A stretch of 64,000 nt of DNA from Somniosus microcephalus (taxonomy: Eukaryota). The stretch is taken from positions 30,318,001 through 30,382,000 of the forward strand of contig CM126228.1 of NCBI GenBank assembly GCA_052327205.1, written 5' to 3'. The position numbers and the translations under genes are program-made. Of the stretch, positions 35,286 through 47,539 are shown piece after piece. The notes beneath the pieces were generated by a model. That model saw only the letters and a program-made list of their open reading frames with translations. It ran no database searches and was not told the origin of the DNA. Position 1 is the first letter of the stretch, and the number at the start of each line of letters is the position of its first letter.

Positions 35286-37636
35286 ATGCCAACGGTCCTA
35301 CATCCATGCAGAAAAGTTCCATTTGCTCTTCAAAAGCAACTGAAGGCAGAGTTGGACAGGATGGAAAGCCTGAACGTGATTCAGAAGATAGATGAGCCAA
35401 CTGAGTGGGTGAGTTCCCTCGTCGTTGTGGACAAAAAGAATGGAAAGCTCAGAATTTGCCTGGATCCAAGAGATCTAAACAGAGCAATAAAGAGAGAGCA
35501 CTTCAAGCTTCCTACACGTGAGGAAATCATGTCACAGTTTGCAAATGCAAAGTATTTCAGCAAGTTAGATGCATCATCAGGATTTTGGCAGATGAAACTG
35601 GACGAAGCAAGTTCAAGACTGTGCACGTTCAACAGTCCATTTGGCAGATACAGATTCCTAAGGTTACCATTTGGCATTGCCTCAGCTCCTGAAGTGTATC
35701 ACAAAACTATCCATATGATCTATGAGCACCTGGAGGGAGTTGATACCTCAATGGATGACATCATAGTATGGGGAACCACGAGAACTGAGCATGACGAGAG
35801 ACTGAAAAAAGTGCTGGAAGCAACAAGGAAAACAAACCTGAAGCTGAATAGAGAGAAATGCCAGCTCGGGGTGACAGAACTGACATTCGTGGGAGATATC
35901 CTTAGCAGTGAGGGCATCAGACCAGATCCCAGAAAGGTGTCCGCCATTGAGAATATGCCAAAGCCACAATGCAAAAAGGACGTGCAGAGGTTTAATGGAA
36001 TGATCAATTACATGGGTAAATTCATATCCAACCTCTCAGAAAAGATGGCGCCACTGAGACGACTAACTGAAAAGAACATAGAATGGGAATGGAATCATGA
36101 GCATGAGAAGTCATGGAGCGATCTAAAGAAACTGCTCACAGAGGAACCAGTTCTGAGGTTTTATGACCCAGCGAGACCCATCAAGATATCATCAGATGCA
36201 TCACAGAGTGGGCTCGGTGCCGTTCTTCTGCAAAAATATGACTACTGGCAACCTATTGCATATGCATCGCACTCAATGACAGACGCGGAGACGCGATATG
36301 CTCAAATAGAAAAGGATCTGCTCAGCATCACATACGCCTGTGAAAGATTTCACCAGTTTGTGTCAGGACAAGCAATCAGTGTAGAGACTGACCATAAGCC
36401 CTTGATTGCATTGTTCCAAAAGCCGCTAAATGGGTGTCCGCTTAGAATACAAAGAATGATGATCAGGCTGCAACGCTATACACTGAATGTTGCGTACACA
36501 CCGGGTAAGCTGATGTATACAGCAGACACGTTGTCCAGAGCTGTTGACCCAAGTGAGCCCGCAAACACCAAAATGGATGAAAAAGTGAACGCCTACGTGG
36601 ACATGATCACAAGTGCACTGCCCATAGCAGATGCAAAAATGGAGCTCATAAAGATGGAGACAAACAAAGATGAAACAATGAGACGACTGAGGAAAAGCAT
36701 CTTGGATGGATGGCCCAACATGAAGCAAGACTGCTCACCTGACATGGCAGAGTACTGGAACTGCAGGGCGGAACTACCAGTGGTCGAAGACATCATCTAC
36801 AAAGGAAGTAAAATAGTTATCCCAAAGAGTCTGAGAAAAGAGATGCTAAAAAGGATCCATGGAGAACATCTGGGAATCGAAAAGTGTAAGAAAAGAGCAC
36901 GAGAGGTGATGTACTGGCCACAAATCAACCAAGATGTGACAAATGAGGTGTCAAACTGCACAATATGCCTGAAATATCGAGCAAGCAATCCGGTAGAACC
37001 ACTAAAGCCACACCCAGCGCCAGACAGACCTTACCAGAAGGTAGGCGCTGACCTATTCGTATGTCAAGGGAAGGACTATCTTGTAGTCACAGACTATTAC
37101 TCCCTGTATCCAGAGGTTTGTAGACTGTACACAACCACTGCAGATGCTGTGATAACATGTATGAAAGCCATATTCTCCAGACATGGCGTGGCAAGCGAGG
37201 TCTTCACAGACAACGGACCCCAGTTTTACAATGCAAGTTTCCGACACTTTGCCAAAGAGTGGGACTTTGTCCACACAACGTCAAGTCCTCACTTTCCACA
37301 GTCCAATGGACTAGTGGAAAAATCGGTCCAGACAGTGAAAAGACTGATGTACAAGGCAAAAGACAGTGGAACTGACTTCTACCAGAGCATGCTTGTATAC
37401 TGCACAACGCCGCTCGAGTGTGGTATGTCACCAGCCCAACTCCTTATGGGACGTCTGCTAAGGTCAAACCTACCCATCCCGGAGAACCTCCTGAAAACAA
37501 AAGAGGGGGAGAAAGTGAGGAAGTTCAAAGAACAACAGAAAGAAAAGCAAAAGTACTACTATGACAGAGGAACACAAAACCTATCTGAACTCCACACTGG
37601 TGACCAAGTAATGTTCAAAGACAAAACAAACATATG
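35286..37636 (+). pseudogene. Gypsy Pol (RT, RNase H, integrase), cut by the Harbinger insertion
   Basis: LDPRDLN, LDASSGFWQ, LPFG, SMDD, DAS, TDHKPL, HHCC, TDNGPQF, SNGLVE motifs. Confidence 0.93.
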
Positions 37637-37808
37637 GGCCTAGAAATTCAGTTGTGCGCGCCAGCCGTTAGCGCCATAGGGGGAGTAGATCTCGAGCGCT
37701 AGGCGCTTATCGCACGGGCGCAGCGCGATCTGCGCCTCTCCCCAACTTCAGGACACATTTAGCGCCGGCGCAAAGTCTTAGCGCGCGCCCTGCTGCGCGC
37801 GCAGATCA

Positions 37809-37988
37809 TGACGTCATTTAATAGCGCAACGCCCTTTGTGCGCCCCAAACCGGAACTTCACTCGCGCCGGCCCATTGTGCGCCGGGCGTCCCGAGCGACT
37901 GTGAAGTGGAACGGTACACAGGCCATCCGGGCCGGGGGGAGCGCAAATTAAAGGGCACTTACCCAGCAGTATAAAGGCCAGCCATTTT
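37809..37988 (+). promoter_or_regulatory. Putative transposase promoter
   Basis: TGACGTCA 37809, CCGGAA about 37850, TATAAA 37970, GCCATTTT 37981; equivalents at matching positions in elements 1 and 7246. Confidence 0.5.
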
Positions 37989-38142
37989 GCAGCATTCACT
38001 CTTGTGCAACGGTTTTTTGGACAGAGACCAAGGAGGAGAGTTTACTGGTTTGGACCAACACTTGGACAGGTATTTTTGGCTCAGGTCAGAGCTTACCAAT
38101 TATCTTAGCCTTCACTCAGAGCTCAGTGTTTGCCAGCATATA

Positions 38143-39288
38143 ATGGGGGCTGCATTGGGTGGCAACGCTGAATTTCAGCCTTATGCCAGAAGGGCTTACA
38201 GACGCCGTGAGAGAGTGGCAGCCCTGGCTAGACGCAGAGGGAGCAACAGGCGTCGCCAACTGAGGCCTTACCCACGCAGGGTATACCGCCAGCAGACCTC
38301 CTATCTGACCATGTCTGCCGCGACGTGTGTTAGGAGGCTGCGATTCCGAAGGGAGGTGGTTGCAGACATCTGCCGGCTGCTTCAGAGAGATCTGCAGCCA
38401 CAGCTGATGCGCAGGACGTCTCTGTCGGTGGCAGTGAAGGTGACGGTGGCTCTCAACTTCTATGCCTCCGGCTCCTTCCAATCCGCTACTGGGGACATCG
38501 CTAACATCTCCCAGTTCGCCGTGCATTGCTGCATCCGCCAGGTGACCGAAGCCCTTTTCAGAAGGAGACATCAATTCATCTCCTTCCCCGTGACCCTGGA
38601 CAAGCAGCAGCAGCGTGCAGTGGGGTTTGCAAGAATAGCGGGCTTCCCCATGGTGCAGGGTGCCATTGACTGCACGCATGTGGCTTTGCAGGCACCTCTT
38701 GAGCATGCCGAGGATTACCGCAACCGGAAGGGCTACCATTCCCTCAATGTACAGCTGGTGTGTGACCACAGGCAGCGCATCCTAGCTGTCAATGCCCGCT
38801 TTCCAGGCAGCAGCCATGATGCCTTTATCCTGCGACAGACAACTGTGGCTGACATGTTCCAGGCACAGCCTCCCCCAAGAGGATGGCTTATCGGGGACAA
38901 AGGCTATCCTTTGTGTACCTGGCTCATGACCCCGCTCCGCGCGCCCACGACCCCTGCTGAAGAGGCATACAACGAGAGCCATCAAGCGATGAGGAACCTG
39001 ATAGAACAAACAATCGGCGTGCTCAAGCAATGGTTCCGCTGTCTCGATCGCTCCGGGGGAGCCCTCCAGTATTCGCAGGATCGAGTCTCCCAATTCGTCG
39101 TCGTTTGCTGCATGCTGCACAACCTGGCTATCCGCAGGACTCAGGCACTGCCACCTCACGTTGGACTACCACCTCAGGAGGAGGAGCAGGAGGAGCATGA
39201 GAACGACGAGGACGAGGAGTACCAGCCCAGGAGGGACGCACAAGGTCCAAGGGCCGCCCGTCGTCGGCTTATTGAACGTCACTTCTAG
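38143..39288 (+). CDS. Harbinger DDE transposase, 381 aa
   Basis: GAIDCTH, IGDKGYP, RNLIEQTIGVLK; ATG chosen by homology to element 1. Confidence 0.95.
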   Translation: MGAALGGNAEFQPYARRAYRRRERVAALARRRGSNRRRQLRPYPRRVYRQQTSYLTMSAATCVRRLRFRREVVADICRLLQRDLQPQLMRRTSLSVAVKVTVALNFYASGSFQSATGDIANISQFAVHCCIRQVTEALFRRRHQFISFPVTLDKQQQRAVGFARIAGFPMVQGAIDCTHVALQAPLEHAEDYRNRKGYHSLNVQLVCDHRQRILAVNARFPGSSHDAFILRQTTVADMFQAQPPPRGWLIGDKGYPLCTWLMTPLRAPTTPAEEAYNESHQAMRNLIEQTIGVLKQWFRCLDRSGGALQYSQDRVSQFVVVCCMLHNLAIRRTQALPPHVGLPPQEEEQEEHENDEDEEYQPRRDAQGPRAARRRLIERHF

Positions 39289-39664
39289 GCCCCCTGTCAG
39301 GGAATGGCTTGTGCCAATGATAGAACATGATTGCAGCCGCTCCGCAAGCCCTCAGCCGGTTAAGGCAACAAACACTTCAAAGATCAAACATGGACAATGT
39401 GAAGAAATAAAATGCTTTATTGTACAAACTCTGGGCCCTTCCCACATGAAAACCAAAAACAGAGGAAACCCCCAAAAAACACTCCAACACATTACTCGCT
39501 CCCACAACCTGGGGAGGATTAACAAAATAGGGCAACTAAAATGGCCGTCATTGTCGGCCTTCGTCCAAAACAAACATCACATCATCGGCCTTCAAAAAAC
39601 TAACATCCAATTCTCGGCCTCAAGAAACAAACACAAATGGCCACACATTCGAATATTTGGCCCG

Positions 39665-41626
39665 CTAGGGCGATGCCTTGGCCATCTTTGGGTGGCCCCT
39701 GCCCGCCCTGCTGCTCCACCTCAAAGTAAGGCCATTGGCTGCTGCAAGGCTGGGGGCAGGCTCCTGAGGGGCACATGTCGTGACGGCAGATGCCCTTGGG
39801 GGTCGGCCTAGTCGAGATCTGGTCGTCGAGCGGCCGGCTGTTGATTGCTGCAGCTGTGGCTGGCCAGCATCAGTCGCTGCAGCAGCTCCTGGCAGCTCCA
39901 CTGGGGGAGTGGCAGTGGCTGCTGGAGGAATGGCGGCAAGCTGGCGGATGGCAGGCGCTCGCTGGTTGCCTGAGACACTGGCACTCGCCCGGGCCAGCAC
40001 TGCAGCATGCGCACCAATCTGCCGAGGGACAGACCGATGTGCTGCTGCAGCGCGCCGTGTGCCCTGGCGATGCCTGGCTGACACAGCGAGTGTGGCAGCA
40101 GTGAGTGCCCGTGTTGACCTGTTCACTGCCCGCAGCAGAGCAGCCAGTGACTGGACGGCACCACTAATCACCTGGCCAGTCGCTGCAAGATCTGCCCGGT
40201 ATTCCGCCCGACTGGTGGCCTCTAAGGGCCCGAACTCGGCCACACTCCGAGAGAGGGAATCGATGGACTCAGGCAACCGTGACACTGCCGCCATGAGCTC
40301 CGTGTGCCGGCGCTCCGAGTCCACGGACAAGTCTTCGAGGCCTTCCATCTCCTCGGCGAACAGCATCTCCTGACTGGAGGCCGGACTCTCCCTCTGGGGA
40401 GAAGGCCGCCGAGCTGGCCGACCCTTCCTGCGTTGCTGGAGGCCGCTGGGCCCAGCAATTGGACTCCCCTCCGATGCACCCCCGCTCTGTGGAGAAGGCC
40501 GCCGAGCTTCCACCCCTCTCCCGCCTTTCTGCAGCACACAGGTCCCAGGAGCTCCCCTCCCCTTCGACACTTCCGCCACGCTGCCCTCCAGGGAAGACGT
40601 GTCCCCTACATTGGCCTGGGTGGCCGTGGCTGAGGGTTCCCCTGATGGGCCGCCTTCCTCTTGCTCCTCCTCCTGCTCCTCCTCGGAGGGTCTGTCACTA
40701 GCAAGTTGAGGGACCTCCTCTTGACCATCTGAAAGCAGGAAGGCACAAGAGTAGCTTTAGAGTGAGGAGAGGGCGTCAGTGCGGGATGCATGAGTGGTGG
40801 CATTCAGCGCATTGGTCGGACAGTGGCAAGGGATGTAGATCTGATGCGCAAGTGGGACGAGAGAGGTGCAAAAGGTGATGTCCTTACCATTGCTTCCCAG
40901 AACAGGGTTGGCATCTCCACATGCCACGGGCCCAATCACCCGGCGACCCGTGAGGCGCTCCACGCGATGTTGCAGGTTGGTGAGTGGCTGGATATGGGGT
41001 CGTCCTCCCCCGGTCGCAGTCCGGCTCCTGCAATTATTCGCCAGCTTGGCCTGCAAGAGAAAGGACGGCCTCTAAGTACAGTGTGTCGCCGTGATCTTGT
41101 GTGCACTGCCTCCCATGGTGGAATAGCCTGGCCAGTGTGTCGCCATGATCTGGTGTGCACTGCCTCCCATGGTGGAATAGCCTGGCCAGTGTGTCGCCAT
41201 GATCTGGTGTGCACTGCCTCCCATGGTGGAATAGCTTGGCCAGTGTGTTCAGTGCAGAATGTGCAATTGATGCTCATGCCTGTGCCATAGCTGCTGGATG
41301 AAGGCTGGCCATTAGAGCTTTCAGGTCCCTTTGCCCATAATGTGAGGTGCACATGCAAGGATGAGGAGGTCATTGGAAAGGGTACTCACCCTGACAATGC
41401 GTGTGAGGTCATTTATCTTTTTGCGGCATTGGGCACCGGTCCTGGGGACGTCGCTGTTGGCTGACAGCTTGCTGGCGACATGCCTCCAGGCTCTCCTGTA
41501 GACGCGGACCGTCGCCTTCTTGCCATTGTCCGGGTACAAAACATGGCGCCTCTTCTCCACAGCAGCAAGCAGCACACTCAGATCACGCTCTGAGAAGCGC
41601 TGCGCACGTTCACGGGCCTTCTCCAT
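39665..41626 (-). CDS. Harbinger Myb/SANT-like protein, 3 exons (41626-41390, 41050-40888, 40728-39665), 487 aa
   Basis: GT-AG introns, 237+163+1064=1464 nt in frame; RFS..L....VE.RR..L / AW..VA / RT..QCRKK.NDL / TGGG motifs. Confidence 0.88.
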
Positions 41627-41990
41627 GTCTTCAGGCGCTATTTGGGTCCAGCAGCAGTGTTAAGGCCTAGCTGGAGGGCTCCACTATCCAGGGCGTGGCA
41701 GCAGACACAGTCGACCCTTCCCCCTTAAGAGCTGGCCGGCGCCAGGGTGTCTGCTGTCAGTCACGAGATGGCCGCACCTGCGCTGCGCCTGGCCTCGGCG
41801 CTATCGATCACCACCTCCGGCTTAGCGCCCAAAGAGAGGCGTCCAACAGCAGTTTTAGCGCTCGCCCGAACTAGTAGGGCGAAGCTAATGAATATCGGAG
41901 AAGTGGCCTATATTTGGCGGCGGCCGCTAACTTTAGCGGACGCCCCACTTTAGCGCCCCAAAAGTGGCGTCAATGAATTTCTAGGCCATG

Positions 41991-42294
41991 GACTCAGAAG
42001 GGAACTGTCCTGAGTGAAGTTCAACCAAGATCATACACCATTCAGACAGATGAGGGTGCTGTTCTGAGAAGAAATCGTCGGGATCTTCTCATGGGACCAG
42101 CCACAGCAGGTCAAAAGACTGATACTGTTGAACAACCTGATCACACAGCAGGTCAAAAGACTGACACTGTTGAACAACCTGATCACACAGCTGAAAAACC
42201 ATCATCTGAGGCAACAACTCAGATTCAAGGACAATCAATCAGAAAATCCTCAAGACACGTGAAGCCTCCTGAGAGACTCATTGAGCAAATTTAA
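41991..42294 (+). pseudogene. Displaced C-terminus of the Gypsy integrase
   Basis: Removing the Harbinger and one ATG gives ...KTNIWTQKGTVLSEVQPRSYTIQTDEGAVLRRNRRDLL...ERLIEQI*; contains a 42-bp tandem duplication. Confidence 0.9.
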
Positions 42295-42499
42295 GGACTC
42301 TTGTTATAGAAGGAAGTAATGTTATCTTATTCTCTCTTCAAGTTCTAGTGTATTTACATATTTCATGTGAACACACAAAACAAGGTTAAAAAACCTTGAT
42401 AATGATAATGATAATGTAAGTTCATTAAGTGTTAAAGTTAAAATGCAGAGTAATACAAAGAAAACATGTTGTTAGATAAAAGTAAAATACTTTTGTTTT

Positions 42500-42511
42500 A
42501 AGAAAGGGAGA
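42500..42511 (+). promoter_or_regulatory. Polypurine tract
   Basis: aagaaagggaga directly before the 3' LTR. Confidence 0.85.
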
Positions 42512-42764
42512 TGTAATGATATCAGCAAATAGTGATGGTATTTGCCTGTTTGATTATGATGCCTTACCAGCATATTTGCCCATTTGATTATTTATGCCTT
42601 ACCAGCAGAGGGCATGTGAGACAGACAGTTTTAGTTTCGTTTTTAGATGGATCTCTAAGATGGTGTCTCCTGTAATGCTGTTAACTTAGTTAAACAAACT
42701 TTAGATAAAAAGACATTCTCTTTCATCAATGTGTCGTCATTGAACCCACAAAGAAATCAATACA
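42512..42764 (+). repeat. 3' LTR (253 bp)
   Basis: Direct repeat of 33628-33880. Confidence 0.96.
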
Positions 42765-45700
42765 GAGTCTACTTCTGAAATATGGCAAGCATGCGAGAAA
42801 CGAGAAGGAAATGTACTCTGCACACGAGACTACAACTCAGTAATCTTCCGATAGTGCAGGCTTTAGGGTTCCCATTGATTTGTAATTCTCAGGCTTGTTT
42901 GTGCTCTTGTAGCACATTTATTTGTGTTGGATCTAACCTTAGTCCCCAGTTCATTATTCAAGGTTGAAACAAGACACTGGGAGGAGCTTCTGAAATGCAC
43001 TGTAGTCTTGTCAAACCACAGGTGTATATGGATATAAAGCATAAAATGAAAATGTGCATTCCACAGTGCAAGTTGCATTGATTCTTTGCGAGGTCACAAT
43101 AACAGCTGTGATGCTATTATGGCTTCCTTCTCACACGATATACAATGGGTAACAGTGGAATACGCCACTTATCTCATTGTGACTGGGACTTTCATGACAC
43201 ACTCATGGCTGCACCATTCGTGGAAGGATCTGCGTCATCCTGTTCTCTATTGTGTGGCCTCTTTTATTTCCACCAAGGCTCTTGGAGTTTACAGTCTTTT
43301 GATAAGCATGTACACTGATTATAGGTAATTATGCAAATTCAATCCATATGTGGGCCAATAGAAGTGACAATTAAACCATTTTATCCCTTTTTTTTTAAAC
43401 CAAGCACTTTAAATTCTCACTTTAGTTTTTATTAACAGATGTTTAAGTGACTGTTTGAGGAAACAAGCTGTTCTGAGGGATTTTTTTAAACTCCCTGTCA
43501 CATGTCAAAAATAATTTGAGGGAGTTGGACAATAGTCTAACCGTGACAAACTTTGTCATAATATCATGGCTGTGTGCGTCCTTCAACTGATAATACTTCA
43601 TATCAACTGATAGTCACACAGTTTGATGTTACTTGTGAACCAGGGATGAAATTCTCACTTTTGCGCAATGCACAGAGCAATGTTCTCCACGTTGCAAGGT
43701 CAGGAAATAATGGAAACCTACTTAAAGTGAAAAAAGCAAAGTACAACGTGCAGCTGTCGTAGGATGTGCTGGAAACGCATTAAGGTATTGTTCAGAATTT
43801 GCTTAACCTTGGAGGATGAGCGGCACCTTTTTTTTCCCGTGAGGCTCACAATCTTCTGGGAGCAGGTGGTCTCTGTCCTCTCAAATAACAACTTTTACTG
43901 TGTGGCTGTCGCCTAGTCCTGAGCCCTAGACCTACGCTAGCCTATCCATTGAGTTACATCAAGTTACATTGGCCTATCCAGGTTTATCATTTAATCTTGA
44001 ATCGGGTCCAGTAATTAAATTAAAGGAACAATAAGGAAATTATATTTTATTGTAAGCTGTGTTGTATATAATTTAACAGGTCAGTTCTTCCCACCTTCAT
44101 GCACCTCCTTGCGAACAGGTCGAGAAAGGCATTGTCAGAGGCCCAGCAGTAGATTGCTTCTCAACACGCTGAGCCAGAAAGCATAGCCTTGCCACCTATG
44201 AATAATAGGCTTTTCTCATGCAATAATGCACCAGTACTGGTGTAATATTTTGTATTAAATTGCTGTTTCCTGCCTGTCAGATTAAAGACTGTCACCCCAG
44301 TGTTCCATCTGGCTTAATAATGTATTAATGTCGCTGATACAGTATAATGGACAGTAACCTGACTGAACTTTACTTCCACTGATAGTCAAGGCATTGGGAC
44401 TCATGATATACAGCAATATTTCAGCATTCTGCCCAAACATTGGGGGCAAAATATACGACCAGGATAAGCCACGTTAGAAGCTCAAATTATCACAACAATA
44501 AGGAAAAACAAATTAACGAGCTACTGTCGATGCAAAGTCAGGAACCCGGCAAAGCTCAAGCACAGCTTTAGTGAGAAAACAAAACCCACAGAGAAAGCAC
44601 AAAAAAAAAATATTAAAGTGTCTATCTCTGGAGCACACCAACTGCACACAAAAATCCCAAGTTGACCACAGAGGTGGGCAGAGCCCACTGGAGGATGTTG
44701 ATGAGATATTAATATTTAGGCAGATGCAGTGCCAGCAGGAGAAAGTCGCACTTTTACCTCCTCGCAGAAGTTACTGTCAGATTTACCTGCGGAATCTGCA
44801 TTAGCACCAGTGGAGAGGAAAATTGGGGTTTACCCCGACACACAGTTTGACATGTTTATAGCTTAAAGTTTCTTCAGGAAGCAATAGGTTGACTTCGTGA
44901 TGCTCTGTTGGATTAATAATTTAATTCCTTTCTGTGACTCGGGTTCAGCACTGGAGCACTACCTTCTTAGTCTTCTTGCACAATTAATCTGAGTTGTGGC
45001 ATGTTCCGACATGGCATCTACATGGACAATATAACTTCAAATAACATAGCTGCAGTTAGGTCATAAAGTGTGATCATTTTATTATCCTACAGACAAACAT
45101 CAGTGTTTTATTTTTGCTATCAAACTCCTTAAAAATATTTCATTAAAAAAACGCTTTCAGAGCTCCATTTCAATCTTTTTTAAATGTCTTTATGTGTTTT
45201 TTTTCCCTCTTTAATCAGTCCTGGAAGATCCATTCAGACATGCACCATTACTGGGTCTTAGTAGTCAGTAATTTTAATCAGTGGATGTTATTCAGTGGCT
45301 TAATGGCCACTCTTGCGCTATAAAGCATCATGCACACACTTCAAGAAATAGCTGTTGAATCTTATCAAGGTCTATTTAGTCTGTAGTGCAAAATTGTGTC
45401 AGGTTCAGCTGAAAAGACACTGGCGAGATGATAGATCTGCAAACTGCTGGGCTTTAACTTCCCTCATCTTAAATTTATGAATGTGAGTCCTGACCCTAGG
45501 TTCTTAGATTTTTATTTTTTTAACTCCTTACTATCACTTGATGTTCTGGGCTGGTGTTGTTGGTCCAGTTGCATGGAGCTCACTATGTTAATCTGTGAGC
45601 TTGTCCACAGCCTGTTCCAGGTCATTACTGTCTCCGCCCAGCAGCACTTCATAACTTCCAGTCTGTCTGTTGTTGCTTACCTATGTGCTTTACCTTTTGC

Positions 45701-46439
45701 TTCATCCTCAACAGCGCACTGGTTCAGCCATAGCCACTGCAGTTAGCCTCAGTGCCCTTGGTTTAGGGGAAGGAGGCACTGGCCAGGATTCCCGTGTGTG
45801 GATGTCGAGCGAGGATCAGGTCAGGACCCGCTGTGATGCACCGCATAGTCGAATGTCTTGTCTACAATCACGGCTGAGGCTCACATCCGTGAAACTATAC
45901 TCCAGCATGGAGTACATACTATCAGGAGGGGAGGCACAAGAAAATTGCCAAAAATAACCAAAGATTGGACAGATGACTAAAAATACTTCCTAAGCAAAAT
46001 ACTACACAGTATGAAAATGGGACTCCAATCCACCATAGTCACATATATAAACACGTCTGTCTGATTTCCATTGCTAGCCTTAATACCGAGATATTGTTCA
46101 ACTATGAAGCCCAAAGGTCACATGAAGGTTCTCTTGTCAATCAGAGAAGGAAACCATATAAAAAGCTATTCAATTATTTCTTATTGCTTATTTCTTTTGG
46201 CATTCCTACATACAATCTTCCCGTCACTGGATCCCCACTTTGCGTTCCAGCAACTCCATGGTTTAAGATTTATTGAATGAATAATGTATCAGCAGAAGTT
46301 CACATGGCTGGAGTGATAGTGAATGAGTATTAATGGTACCTGAGGGATAGAGCAAGGCCGTCTTAAAGGTACAAGCTTATGTGCATAGTATTACCTCTTT
46401 TGAATTTTGTTTCTGGATGTTGCCTTGGCTGTGGATGTC

Positions 46440-46845
46440 ATAGAGTCATAGAAGGAGGCCATTTGGCCCATTGAGTCCATGCCAGCTCTCTGTAGAGCAA
46501 TCCAGTCAGTCCCATTGCCTCGCTCTATCCCCGTAGCCCTGCAAGTTTATTTCCCTCAAGTGCCTATCCAATTTCCTTTTGAAATCATTGATAGTCACCG
46601 CTTCCAGCACCCTTGTCGGCAGCAAGTTCCAGGTCATCACCACTCGCTGCGTAAAAAAGTTCTTCCCCACATCCCCCCTGTATCTCTTGCCCAGAACCTT
46701 AAATCTGTGTCCCCTAGTCCTTGTACCATCAGCTAATGGGAACAGACTTTCACGGTCTACCTTATCCAAACCCGTCATAATCTTGTACACCTCTATCAAA
46801 TCTCCGCTCAACCTCCTTTGCTCCAAGGTGAACAACCCTAGCTTT
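46440..46845 (-). mobile_element. CR1 LINE 3' fragment
   Basis: ORF 46506-46835 (LEQRRLSGDLIEVYKIM...). Confidence 0.9.
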
Positions 46846-47179
46846 GTCTGACATTTTTATCCTTCAACCTGAGGAAGTGATTTGTGAATTCATAAAATGA
46901 CAACAACAACTTACATTGATATAGTGCCTGTAACGTCCATAAGACACCATTAAGTTCGAAATATGGCACCAGGTAAGCAATTTTTCTGCCTCTCTTGTGT
47001 GGTTTCCCTCAAACGTATGGTCTGTCAGCGTGGTGTTTTTCTGTCTATCAAGCTGATTGGGAGGCACGGTGATATCCCATATTATTTCTGGTGCAAATGG
47101 GAATGGTATAAGGTTAGATTGTTCACTCTGCAGAGCACTATGCCAGATATTTCACGTATCAGATCAACTTTCTACGTTA

Positions 47180-47535
47180 AGGGACTTGAGCACAAAATCT
47201 AGGCTGACACTCCAGTGCAGTACTGAGGGAGTGCTTCACTGTCGGAGGTGCTGTCTTTCGGATGAGACGTTAAACCGAGGCCCCGTCTGCCTTCTCAGGT
47301 GGATGTAAAAGATCCCATGGCACTATTTCGAAGAAGAGCAAGGGAGTTCTCCCAGTGTCCAGGCCAATATTACATTATCACATTTCTGTTTATGGGACCT
47401 TGCTGTGTGCAAATTGACTGCTGCATTTCCTATATTGCAACAGTGACTACACTTCAAAAAAGTACTTAATTGGCTGTAAAGTGCTTTGGGATGTCCTGAG
47501 GTCATGAAAGGTGCTATATAAATGCAAGTCTTTCT
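47180..47535 (+). mobile_element. Deu-domain SINE (SacSINE1-like)
   Basis: ggaggtgctgtctttcggatgagacgttaaaccgaggcccc...aaagatcccatggcactatttcgaagaagagc plus L2-like tail. Confidence 0.75.
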
Positions 47536-47539
47536 GTTT

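Larger units (their letters stand above)
37637..41987. mobile_element. Full-length PIF/Harbinger transposon 2 (4351 bp), opposite orientation to element 1
   Basis: 14-bp TIR ggcctagaaattca; ATG TSD (37634-37636, 41988-41990). Confidence 0.97.
33628..42764 (+). mobile_element. Gypsy/Ty3 LTR retrotransposon, interrupted by Harbinger 2
   Basis: TG...CA LTR pair, 5-bp TSD gagcc/gagtc, PBS, PPT, gag-PR-RT-RH-IN order. Confidence 0.96.

Noticed and set aside
35240-35290. Programmed gag/pol frameshift in the Gypsy element
   Set aside because: No slippery heptamer; the break falls after the protease inside a conserved peptide that is continuous in the decayed Gypsy near 48650, so a 1-bp deletion or assembly error is more likely
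37987-38142. 52-aa N-terminal extension of the 433-aa ORF
   Set aside because: Starts at TTG, lies right after the TATA box and is not conserved in element 1; ATG 38143 matches the homologues
41081-41248. CRISPR-like array (also 12956-13038)
   Set aside because: Head-to-tail repeats without unique spacers of regular length; eukaryotic context, no cas genes
47265-47320. Hammerhead-like cggatgagacg...cgtc in the Deu domain
   Set aside because: CUGA core is altered and no GAAA follows the stem
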